A stretch of DNA of 57,931 bases from a virus (Duplodnaviria > Caudoviricetes): positions 1-57,931 of the IMG/VR virus record IMGVR_UViG_3300012667_000325, one strand, 5' to 3'. Made by a program: the position numbers and the translations under genes. Of this stretch, positions 19,474 to 27,763 are shown piece after piece; the first letter of the stretch is position 1, and the number at the start of each line of letters is the position of its first letter. The notes under the pieces are model-generated. The model made no database searches. It was not told the origin of the DNA and saw only the letters and a list, made by a program, of their open reading frames with translations.

Positions 19474-20051
19474 ACTTCGGCATCTTTCAAATATTGCACG
19501 ACGGTTCCGACGGCGTTAAGGTGGTCAATCCAACGGACATCGTAGCCACCGGCCTGAGTCAACAGCTCCGCGCTACGGTGGCACTGCTCGTAAGCCGAGC
19601 GCATGGTCTTCTCAGGGTCAAATACCTTCTCGTTACCGGCAGCGGCACGACGAGCGAGGACGCGAGAGAGGCAAGTGTCCCAAGGCGTATCAAGGAACCC
19701 GAAGATAGCGCCGTGGTCTTTGAGAATAGGAGCCACATGACCACCCGCGCTGGACTTGCTCATTAGCAGCCCCTCAACGAGTACATGACCGTGACCGTGC
19801 GCCTTCGTGGTGCGTTCGGCGATCTCCTCCTGAGTGCTGATTCCGTCCGTGCCGCCGCAGGTGTTCTCGTAAGAACCCACGATGAACACGGGCAACATGA
19901 TACCCCATGATGTTGCGTCGACTCGGTAACCGGCGGGCTTGCTCGGCTTACCACCCAGCGCCTGAGTCGGCAACTTGTCAAGGAACCGGCGGACGATTGT
20001 GGTCTTACCCGAGCCGTTACAGCCACGAATGTTGACGATTTGATTTGTCAT
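19470..20051 (-). CDS. P-loop nucleotide/DNA kinase
   Basis: IRGCNGSGKTT Walker A, VLVEG, and LDTPWDTCLSRVLARR lid; ATGA-coupled to the next gene. Confidence 0.82.
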   Translation of the reverse strand: MTNQIVNIRGCNGSGKTTIVRRFLDKLPTQALGGKPSKPAGYRVDATSWGIMLPVFIVGSYENTCGGTDGISTQEEIAERTTKAHGHGHVLVEGLLMSKSSAGGHVAPILKDHGAIFGFLDTPWDTCLSRVLARRAAAGNEKVFDPEKTMRSAYEQCHRSAELLTQAGGYDVRWIDHLNAVGTVVQYLKDAEV

Positions 20052-20230
20052 TTTTGCTCCCCTTTAGCCGTCATCGCTTTCACGACGAACTTAGCATTTC
20101 TGCCGGCATAAGAGCTAGTATTCAAACGAGCAGCCTCAGCTTTAGCGGACTTAGAATCTAAGTAGACAGCCCTGACAACCGGCACCTGAAAATAACCCAG
20201 AGTTATAGCGTACAACAGATAAACTTTCAT
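20048..20230 (-). CDS. Hypothetical protein
   Basis: Starts MKVYLLYA with a GGAG RBS and overlapping junctions. Confidence 0.5.
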   Translation of the reverse strand: MKVYLLYAITLGYFQVPVVRAVYLDSKSAKAEAARLNTSSYAGRNAKFVVKAMTAKGEQK

Positions 20231-20406
20231 TGTTCTTCTCCAAAAGCAAGATGCAGCAATAGGTACCACATCGCGAGGTGAGCAGAGTCAAAAGTCTGCG
20301 TCTTGTTGTGCACCTGAGCGTAGTGCTTGTGCCAACCTAAGTTGTCACCACCGAGAGGGTATTTGCTCAGGCGCTTGAGTTCTCGCTGGCGCTGAGTCGG
20401 GGTCAT
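20227..20406 (-). CDS. Hypothetical protein
   Basis: Starts MTPTQRQRELK; ATGA overlaps. Confidence 0.5.
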   Translation of the reverse strand: MTPTQRQRELKRLSKYPLGGDNLGWHKHYAQVHNKTQTFDSAHLAMWYLLLHLAFGEEQ

Positions 20407-20579
20407 TCTTGCTCGCATGGTATGTCTCTCCATTCGCCTTTAGTCATCGGGTATTCGATGTCGTACGCAAACCACTGCTGCAGGATGCGAACCTTACGCG
20501 CCACCGTGACGGTTCCGTCAAGGCTCGTGTGTTCTATGATACTGCGCTCAACAAAGCGCAAACGAGGGGTTGGGTTCAT
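20403..20579 (-). CDS. Hypothetical protein (not in ORF track)
   Basis: 58 aa, MNPTPRLRFVER...RILQQWF...EWRDIP; ATGA overlaps. Confidence 0.55.
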   Translation of the reverse strand: MNPTPRLRFVERSIIEHTSLDGTVTVARKVRILQQWFAYDIEYPMTKGEWRDIPCEQE

Positions 20580-21574
20580 AAGAAAAACTCCGCACGATAA
20601 GGGGTACCCGTTTCAGGGAACAACGAGGCCGCCGACTTAGCATTGAACTTTGCCGGCGAACACTCACGACGCAACCACTCAGGCAGGAGCGCCTCGCGCA
20701 TACCTTTGAACACCTGAGTGTGCTCTTGCAGGCCGCGCTCGTCAGCCCACTCAATACGGTCTTGCGCCATGTCGGCGTAGACTCCTGGATAGCGACGACC
20801 GAAGAAGTGATTCTTGAACGTACACAGGTTAGACTCAAAGGTGAACCGACCCACGTTAGGAACGTCAGGGTTCAGAGCCCTGAACTTCTCAATGTGCGCA
20901 TCAGCTGAGGCGGCTAAAAAGCCACACATCATCTTGAAGTTATTGTAGTTGCCGTCCTGACCGTTGTCAAGGCGTTTGTCCCACACCAACTCGTCTTTAC
21001 CGATGAGGAACAGCATACCGTTACGGTGTGACTTGCTGCCCGACTTGTCACTGAAGATCAAGTCGTCACAGTCGTTGCCGAAGCCCATGATGTTCACGTA
21101 CTCGAGGTAGCTGAACGAACTCAGACGACCGAAAGTGTAGTACTCCTCACGAACCAGCTTCCACAGGTCAGCGTACGCGCCGGTGAGCATCTGTTCCTGC
21201 GAGCCGTGCTTCTCAACCAACTCGGCGTAACGGCGGATAGCGGGTAGGGTGTCCTTCTTTTGATACCGGCGGTCGGTGTCAAATTGCAGGGTCTCCCAGT
21301 TCGCGTTGAACCACTCCTCAAAGCCCTTGAGCGGGGCTCCGGCGGGCGGACACTCAGACAAGCGTTGGAACATGCGCAGCGAGGTGATGGGGTTCTGGGT
21401 CAAACCGTTCAGGAATGCGAACCAGAGTTTCTCCTCAGCGCCCCAGCCGTTAGCCTGAGCCAGAGCGGGCATGTAGAGGTACACGAGTCCAGGCATGACC
21501 CCGAACTCTAGGTTCATCTTGTACAGCGCGGAGAAGTACGCCTCACGCTTCTCCGGCAGGCGGTAGTCAATCAT
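20576..21574 (-). CDS. Amino acid:DNA transferase (aGPT-Pplase2 / AADT family)
   Basis: KLWFAFLNG, FDTDRRY, FGRLSSFSYLE, SHRNG, ESNLCTFK and RYPGVY motifs; clustered with the kinase and PLP enzyme. Confidence 0.82.
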   Translation of the reverse strand: MIDYRLPEKREAYFSALYKMNLEFGVMPGLVYLYMPALAQANGWGAEEKLWFAFLNGLTQNPITSLRMFQRLSECPPAGAPLKGFEEWFNANWETLQFDTDRRYQKKDTLPAIRRYAELVEKHGSQEQMLTGAYADLWKLVREEYYTFGRLSSFSYLEYVNIMGFGNDCDDLIFSDKSGSKSHRNGMLFLIGKDELVWDKRLDNGQDGNYNNFKMMCGFLAASADAHIEKFRALNPDVPNVGRFTFESNLCTFKNHFFGRRYPGVYADMAQDRIEWADERGLQEHTQVFKGMREALLPEWLRRECSPAKFNAKSAASLFPETGTPYRAEFFL

Positions 21575-21676
21575 TCTGCATCTCCATCCAGTAAATAAAA
21601 CCCACGAGCATCGCGACTGTGAGGCTCGCGCCGAGAGCCATCAACAACACCATGAGAGCTACGTTTTCTAACATGT

Positions 21677-21889
21677 TCAATCCCTCACGTTGAACTCAAG
21701 GCGGCGGTCAACCGCAAACCCGAGCGACACGCCGAAGATGACGGCGCAGAACCGAGCCTGCCAAGTCCAGTCCGCAGGGTCACGCGACCACTCGATGAAC
21801 GCGCCAAACACGTAAGCGAAGGCACAGGTGCCGACAAAGGGTAGCAGCCAGTAGATCAGGCTCAACAGGTCTTTTGCGAATTTGTTCAT
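21677..21889 (-). CDS. Small membrane protein
   Basis: Two hydrophobic segments; starts MNKFAKD. Confidence 0.5.
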   Translation of the reverse strand: MNKFAKDLLSLIYWLLPFVGTCAFAYVFGAFIEWSRDPADWTWQARFCAVIFGVSLGFAVDRRLEFNVRD

Positions 21890-22191
21890 AGGTATCTCCA
21901 GTAGAAAATGCCGAGGGCGATCCAGCAGCAAACGCCGATGGCTAACATCGCTTTGTCTTGCCAGCGTTGCTCAGGCGGGAAGAAGGTCTCCATACCATCA
22001 CCCAAATGACGGAAGGCGTCATCGGTCGTGCGGGGGAAGCAACGGGTGGTCGGGCAGCCGTGGTTGTCAACGTAGTGCTGAGCGCGCTCAAGCGTTGAGG
22101 CGCGAACGATCTTAGGCTTCTTGTAGATAGCAACGACCAGCTTACGCTTGAGACGGCGCTTGATGATTGTGTAAATACGCTTGAACATCAC
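21886..22191 (-). CDS. Hypothetical protein with C-terminal transmembrane segment
   Basis: TTRCFPRTTDDAF motif and a hydrophobic C-terminus. Confidence 0.55.
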   Translation of the reverse strand: MMFKRIYTIIKRRLKRKLVVAIYKKPKIVRASTLERAQHYVDNHGCPTTRCFPRTTDDAFRHLGDGMETFFPPEQRWQDKAMLAIGVCCWIALGIFYWRYL

Positions 22192-23150
22192 ACGGCTCCT
22201 GTGTTAGTGTAAAAAGGCTTAACCACTGCTGGGTTAGGCGCGCTGCCGACGATCCAGAAACCGGTGCGGTCATCAAGATCAACAGGGCGCATAGTGCGCA
22301 GGTAGCGCCACATCTTGGCCTCGTAGGTCGGGTGGAAGTTGATACCGTCATGGTTCTCACCCTTGAACTTGTCGCTGTACTTGCTGAAGTCAGTGTCGTG
22401 CAGGCTGTAGTGCTCCCACTCAAACGGTAGGCGATCAATGTCAACACCCATGATCTCCATACGCTCACGAACCCACTTACGCTTGTTCGGGCCGATGCCG
22501 AGCGTGAACAGCTTTGTCAGGTTCTTTGAGTCACGGCTCAGGCCGAGCAGGATGCTGCAAAGAGAGTTGCATGAGCCGGCAGGCGCTATCAATGTGCGGA
22601 GTTCATCAGGCAGGTTACGCACCTGATTGGCACCGACCTCGTGGAACTTCAATACGTCCTCAGCAGGGCGGGTCTTGTGCGGCACAGTGATACCGTACTC
22701 AACCACGAGCGAGGTGGGTTGCGTCAGGTCGGCCACACGGCGCTGGATGATCGGGTTGTACGGCCCGTTCACGTACTCAAACACAGCGCCAAAGCCTTTA
22801 GCGATACTCGGGTTCTCATGTGTGAGCACCGTGTGGGGCTTGCTGTAGACTACCTGACGGCACTTGAGGCCGAAGTGCGCACCGACGATAGCGGACATAC
22901 TGAGCTGAGGGCTCTGAATACTCGCGCCGGTCAGCACGTGAGTCTTGTCTGCGCGGTAACGGTTCATGTACCAGATGAGCTGGCGCATCTTAGACCCGTT
23001 GGGGCCGCCGTAGCCGAGCGGAGCGAAGTAATCCTCACGCTTGAACCACAGACCCTGATGGTTCTCCCAAGGGGTCAGGTCACCTAGGTGTTGCTCCCAC
23101 TGAACCTGAGCGCGGTCAAGTGCGAGGACGGGGAAAATTGATTGTGTCAT
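22188..23150 (-). CDS. PLP-dependent enzyme (fold type II), putative decarboxylase acting on amino-acid-modified DNA
   Basis: WFKREDYF...NGSKMRQL (PLP lysine region), SPQ, PAGSCNS and FHPTYEAK motifs; upstream of the AADT gene. Confidence 0.82.
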   Translation of the reverse strand: MTQSIFPVLALDRAQVQWEQHLGDLTPWENHQGLWFKREDYFAPLGYGGPNGSKMRQLIWYMNRYRADKTHVLTGASIQSPQLSMSAIVGAHFGLKCRQVVYSKPHTVLTHENPSIAKGFGAVFEYVNGPYNPIIQRRVADLTQPTSLVVEYGITVPHKTRPAEDVLKFHEVGANQVRNLPDELRTLIAPAGSCNSLCSILLGLSRDSKNLTKLFTLGIGPNKRKWVRERMEIMGVDIDRLPFEWEHYSLHDTDFSKYSDKFKGENHDGINFHPTYEAKMWRYLRTMRPVDLDDRTGFWIVGSAPNPAVVKPFYTNTGAV

Positions 23151-23449
23151 TTCAAGCCTTTACGCAGGTGTTTAAGCACTTCCGGAACCAGCGCGGGTTG
23201 CAGGGGTGCTTGTTTGTTGAATAATTCTATCTCACGCATCATGTGCTCGCAACCGGCGTCAAAGCCCTTGATGTAGTCAGACATCTGAGTCTCGGCGGCG
23301 TGAGGTTTGCAGTCTCTATGCGTGTCACGGAAGAAGTCCATCTGCGCGATGATCTGGTCTATCTTAGCAGGCATACTGATGACAGCAGCGCACTCGCAAC
23401 GGGTGCAATACATGGTGCGGCCTCGGGCCTCAATGTGGTTAGTGGTCAT
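23147..23449 (-). CDS. Hypothetical protein with CxxC
   Basis: MTTNHIE...YCTRCEC...HRDC; ATGA overlaps. Confidence 0.5.
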   Translation of the reverse strand: MTTNHIEARGRTMYCTRCECAAVISMPAKIDQIIAQMDFFRDTHRDCKPHAAETQMSDYIKGFDAGCEHMMREIELFNKQAPLQPALVPEVLKHLRKGLK

Positions 23450-24150
23450 ACGGTTCCTTCGGCAATTTGTTTCAACAGGGTCTTCAGCTCGGACGTACCG
23501 GCGCTGTGGCGGTGGTAACGAGGACACTTGCGGTAGCGGTCTTCAACCTGATGGCTGAGGAAACGGGTCATGCCGATAGTGTGCTTACGCATGATGACCT
23601 GCTTGGTGCGGGCTTCGTCAGAGTCGTAACAGGTGATGTCAAGCATCGGGAACTCTTGCTTGAGGATGTTACCCTGATGAGGTTGCATACCTAAGATCAG
23701 GACACCAACTTTAGGCTCACGGGGAGCGTTGCAAGGTGGCTCGGGGTTGTGGCGGTGACCGTGTGTAACCCTCATAGCTGAGTTTGCTATTATCAGGTCA
23801 GACAGCTTGTCCGCAACGCGATCTGCAATCTTGTCAATCAACGACTCGAGCAGGGTGGCCAGCTCATCACGCTGCGGGATGACCGCATGCTCAACCACGG
23901 CGGCCTCAGCCTCAACAATCATCTCTTTGATTGAGTTGGCGGCTAAGGAATGAGCCTTAGCGTTCATGTCCTTGAGTTCTTTAGGGGTGAAGATCTTACG
24001 ACGGCGAGGTTGAAGCAGGGTTTCCTGCGCCGCGATAACTAAACCTACTTTTGAATAACGAACACCGGACTTGTTCAACAAGTGTGCCATACGCTGCACG
24101 ATCAACGTGCGCTCTTCGCCAGTCCAGCGAACTCGGGTTTGCGTGCTCAT
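23446..24150 (-). CDS. Hypothetical protein
   Basis: 234 aa with a GAGGAG RBS. Confidence 0.65.
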   Translation of the reverse strand: MSTQTRVRWTGEERTLIVQRMAHLLNKSGVRYSKVGLVIAAQETLLQPRRRKIFTPKELKDMNAKAHSLAANSIKEMIVEAEAAVVEHAVIPQRDELATLLESLIDKIADRVADKLSDLIIANSAMRVTHGHRHNPEPPCNAPREPKVGVLILGMQPHQGNILKQEFPMLDITCYDSDEARTKQVIMRKHTIGMTRFLSHQVEDRYRKCPRYHRHSAGTSELKTLLKQIAEGTV

Positions 24151-24253
24151 AATGGTGACTCCTCTTGTTGCTCACGTTGCTGGCGAGCGTATTCGCTCTT
24201 CTGTTTGTTAGTCCAAGGCACGGGGCCGGTGACAGGAGGGAAGGGCCAAGTGT

Positions 24254-24517
24254 TCATGCTACCACCTCTTCCTGCTCAACAATCTTGAACTCACGGCGGG
24301 CGTCTTCACCGCGATGGCTCACAGCGTAGTCATTCAGCTCAGTCCAGAACTTGAGCTTGCGTGTAGCGGTTTCTTGGTCAACAAGGCGATCAAGTACATG
24401 CCATCCACCCCACATCATTTCCGCATCAAAGTACGCGCCATTGTAGCAGCGCGGGTCGTTGAGGTGTAAGTACTTAGCACGGGACATCAGCACGTAAGGG
24501 TTAGTGTCGTAGCTCAT
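24254..24517 (-). CDS. Hypothetical protein
   Basis: 87 aa; ATGA overlap. Confidence 0.55.
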   Translation of the reverse strand: MSYDTNPYVLMSRAKYLHLNDPRCYNGAYFDAEMMWGGWHVLDRLVDQETATRKLKFWTELNDYAVSHRGEDARREFKIVEQEEVVA

Positions 24518-25074
24518 TTTGCACCGCCTTTCACTGCCAATTCAAACGTGTGACCGTTGACGTTGAGGGTGGGGAACTCACCGCGCTTAGCAGCGCCGTA
24601 GAGCGTAGCTGACAATCTGTCGCCTTGCGAACTGGTGACCAGTGCGGCCTTCCAGACCTGACAAGCGTTAGCGTAGACGGTGCCGGTTTCAACGTGAACG
24701 ATGCGGCGGTCGAGCTTGAGGGACTGCTTCATTGCGGGACGGGGGCCGACCTTAGTCACGGGTTTAGCAGACTTGCTCTTGCGCCAATCGACGCTGTAGT
24801 TGCATGAATGGCAGCCGACGATGTGTTCCTCGTCAACCAAGTTACCCCTGACCAATTTACCGAAGAACAAATCAGCACTACCGCACACGGGGCAGTGTTG
24901 GCCGGTTACGAGGGGTGACGGGGTTTTGAACTGACGCTCCGCCATGAGCTTCTCAACTCTCTTTTCAGCGTTGCGGCGGTCGCTGAATTTCTTGATGGGG
25001 TCGCAACCTGAATGAGCGTTGTAAAAGGCGACCAACTCGTGAGTGGTGGCGGCTTTGACGTTGATTGTTTTCAT
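24514..25074 (-). CDS. Early protein with zinc ribbon
   Basis: CPVC...CHSC; ATAACT leader and AGGA RBS. Confidence 0.65.
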   Translation of the reverse strand: MKTINVKAATTHELVAFYNAHSGCDPIKKFSDRRNAEKRVEKLMAERQFKTPSPLVTGQHCPVCGSADLFFGKLVRGNLVDEEHIVGCHSCNYSVDWRKSKSAKPVTKVGPRPAMKQSLKLDRRIVHVETGTVYANACQVWKAALVTSSQGDRLSATLYGAAKRGEFPTLNVNGHTFELAVKGGAK

Positions 25075-25100
25075 GTGAGTTATTCCTGAGAGTTATTGAG

Positions 25101-25298
25101 TTATGCTGCGATGAGTTGAGCCACTTTGGGGTCAACCACGTATTCAACCTCGTGACCCAACTTGGCGAGCAATGAAAGGTCAAAAGCGGTGAATGTCTTT
25201 TTGCCAATCAAGACGGAGAAGATTTCAGCGGCTTCGTTAGCGGGGTAGATCGCCAGCTTACCGTAGACGCTGCGGGCAAAGACTTGAATGTTTTTCAT
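25101..25298 (-). CDS. Early hypothetical protein
   Basis: RSVYGKLAIYPAN...LIGKKTF; ATAACT leader. Confidence 0.7.
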   Translation of the reverse strand: MKNIQVFARSVYGKLAIYPANEAAEIFSVLIGKKTFTAFDLSLLAKLGHEVEYVVDPKVAQLIAA

Positions 25299-25324
25299 TT
25301 GAGTGTTCCTGAGTTATTAAGTTA

Positions 25325-25684
25325 TTAGCAAACAACGCGACCTAAATCTGCGTTGAGGTCACGGCCTGCGCCTTCCCAATGACACTGCGCGGCGTTAATC
25401 AGATGACCGTAGTAGCTGGCCCAGTAGCCGAGCATGTTTGAGTCGTTGAGTTCGGAAGGCATGTTTTCTGCGGCATCGTTTTCTGCGCAAGCGGTCAACA
25501 AAGAATCGATGGCGCGAAGTTCTTCATTCAGTTTTACTGCAACTTGACGGGCGGCGTCATGCTTACTCAGCGCTGCATTGACTTGTTGAATCGTGTGGGC
25601 TTCGTCATTGAGTTCCCAAACATTCATTGTTTCGGGAAGTGAGTTGAGCCACTTAGCTAATTGCTTCGTTGTCAGCTTGTTCAT
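25325..25684 (-). CDS. Early hypothetical protein (first gene of the leftward arm)
   Basis: 119 aa with a GGAG RBS and ATAACT leader. Confidence 0.7.
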   Translation of the reverse strand: MNKLTTKQLAKWLNSLPETMNVWELNDEAHTIQQVNAALSKHDAARQVAVKLNEELRAIDSLLTACAENDAAENMPSELNDSNMLGYWASYYGHLINAAQCHWEGAGRDLNADLGRVVC

Positions 25685-25907
25685 TTGAGTTACTCCAGTT
25701 ATTAAGTTATCGTTGTCAATTCATTGCTGAACCAACGTATTGAATTTTGCCTCAAAAAATTCAACAAAACAACCCCCAAGGCAAAATATTTTTGGTTTTT
25801 TCCATTGTATTTTTCAATCGGTTTCTATTCCTGATTTGAAAAAACAATCACGACCCAGCAAAAACTTGCCTAAAATAAACGGGGATAACTTATAACTCGG
25901 AGCATGA
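25685..25907. promoter_or_regulatory. AT-rich divergent control region
   Basis: Gene orientation switches here. Two oppositely oriented GATT(T)GAAAA-ACAAT boxes (25803-25819, 25833-25849) and TAAAAT at 25871. Confidence 0.7.
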
Positions 25908-27455
25908 ATGAAACTCAGATATTACCAAGACGAAGCGGTCAGGGCTGCGCTAGATAGCATAGCGTTGAACCGACACCCCGTGCTTCAGCTCGCCACCGGT
26001 ACGGGTAAGTCACTCATCATTGCTGACGTGGCTGACCGTGACACCGGCCCTGTTTGGATCCTCACCCACGTTCAGGAACTCGTCAAGCAGAACGCTGAAA
26101 CTTACTACCGTCACACGGGCCGGCAAGCCGGTATTGTTTGCGCAGGGTTAGACCGCGCTGACTACACTGCGCCGGTTGTGTTTGCCACCATTCAGTCAAT
26201 CATCAGCCCCGCCCTGCGCGGTGACCTGCCCGCCCCCTCGCTCATCATTATTGACGAGGCTCACCGTGTGCCGCACCAAACCGGTCAGGTGAGCATGTAT
26301 GAGCGCATTTTTAAGCGTTACCCGTTAGCTGCTCGCCTAGCGATGACCGCCACCCCTTGGCGCACTGACAACGGCCTCATTTACGGTGACGACCCTGAGC
26401 GGTTCTGGTTCAATCACCTCGCCTACACTTACACCGTGCCTCAAGCGGTTGAAGACGGCTACCTCGCCCCGCTGGTCGGTGTTGAGACTGAGCTGCAGCT
26501 TGAGCTTGATGACGTGACGGTGAACGATGATTTCTCGATGGACGAAGTCAACGACCTGCAAGATGCCCAGTGGCTTGAGGGTGTAGCTAAGTCACTGCTC
26601 ACCTTCGCCCGCAACCGTAAGCACATCGCGGTCTACACGCCTAACGTCAACGGTGCTATGCGCGCTGCCGCTACAATCGGTCGCGTTACGGGCCGCCCTA
26701 CGGCGATACTCACCGGCGCGATGCACAAGCGCGACCGTGAAGACACGCTGCGCCGGTTCAAGAGTGGTGAGATTCACTTCCTGTGCTCGGTGGACACAAT
26801 CACCACCGGCTTTGACTTCCCCGCACTTGATGCTATCGTCTGCCTACGCCCCACCGTCAGCTCTAACCTGTGGGTTCAGATCATGGGTCGTGGCACCCGC
26901 CTGCATGAGTCAAAGCAGAACTGCCTGTTGCTGGACTTTGTAGGCAACCTGCAACGCCTTGGCGGTGTTGACATGCTTGAGACTTACGTCCGTGAGAAGA
27001 ACGGCATTGCCGGTGACCCCATCATGGCTGCGCCCGCTGAACGTAAACCCGCTCGCCGTGTGCTGCCAGGAGTCCGCTCGATGATTCCGCTTGACCCGAT
27101 GACGGGTGAGCAGGCTAAGGACGGGGCCACCGTGACCGTTGAGGTTCATGCCGTGAGCGCAGTGCCTATCAAGACCCGCCGTGATCCTAACAAGCCGGTC
27201 CTCATGATCACCTATGCCTGCACGACTCCTGAGGGCGCACGCATCGACGCTACGCTGTTTGTCAACACTGAGAACCCCAAGGCGGGCGACCATCTGTTTT
27301 TCAAAAACCGCAAACTGGCAGTAAACTTGCCAGCCCTCGCCGGAACGCTCCAGTGGCAAGTGCGTGGCTCACGCATGCCGCTTTACCTCACCGCACGCAA
27401 GTCGGGTAAGTACTGGAACGTCACGGCGGAACACTTTCAACAACCACAGGAATAA
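25908..27455 (+). CDS. Superfamily 2 DEAH helicase
   Basis: LRYYQ, ATGTGKS, DEAH, MTATP, TGFD and QIMGRGTR motifs. Confidence 0.93.
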   Translation: MKLRYYQDEAVRAALDSIALNRHPVLQLATGTGKSLIIADVADRDTGPVWILTHVQELVKQNAETYYRHTGRQAGIVCAGLDRADYTAPVVFATIQSIISPALRGDLPAPSLIIIDEAHRVPHQTGQVSMYERIFKRYPLAARLAMTATPWRTDNGLIYGDDPERFWFNHLAYTYTVPQAVEDGYLAPLVGVETELQLELDDVTVNDDFSMDEVNDLQDAQWLEGVAKSLLTFARNRKHIAVYTPNVNGAMRAAATIGRVTGRPTAILTGAMHKRDREDTLRRFKSGEIHFLCSVDTITTGFDFPALDAIVCLRPTVSSNLWVQIMGRGTRLHESKQNCLLLDFVGNLQRLGGVDMLETYVREKNGIAGDPIMAAPAERKPARRVLPGVRSMIPLDPMTGEQAKDGATVTVEVHAVSAVPIKTRRDPNKPVLMITYACTTPEGARIDATLFVNTENPKAGDHLFFKNRKLAVNLPALAGTLQWQVRGSRMPLYLTARKSGKYWNVTAEHFQQPQE

Positions 27456-27457
27456 AA

Positions 27458-27763
27458 ATGACAAACCTGCTACGTAAGAACCGCATCAAGCCCGAACGGG
27501 CGGTGCAAACCGATGACCGCAAGAAGATCGACGCCTACGTCGAACAAAGCGTTCCCGACAAACACAAGCTGGCCACTCAGCGCGCATTGCTAGGGCAAAT
27601 CACCCGCAGCACGGCCATCCGAGTCAAATGCTTGCAATGCTGTGGCTACCAGCGTGAAGAGATCAAAGTGTGTACGGTCATCACGTGCGCGCTCTTCCCC
27701 GTACGGCCTTATCAAGACAAAAATGCGGCGGTAGAGGAGGCAGACGGTGGCGACGAAGAATAA
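27458..27763 (+). CDS. Cys-rich (putative Zn-binding) protein
   Basis: AIRVKCLQCC...CTVITCALFPVR. Confidence 0.65.
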   Translation: MTNLLRKNRIKPERAVQTDDRKKIDAYVEQSVPDKHKLATQRALLGQITRSTAIRVKCLQCCGYQREEIKVCTVITCALFPVRPYQDKNAAVEEADGGDEE

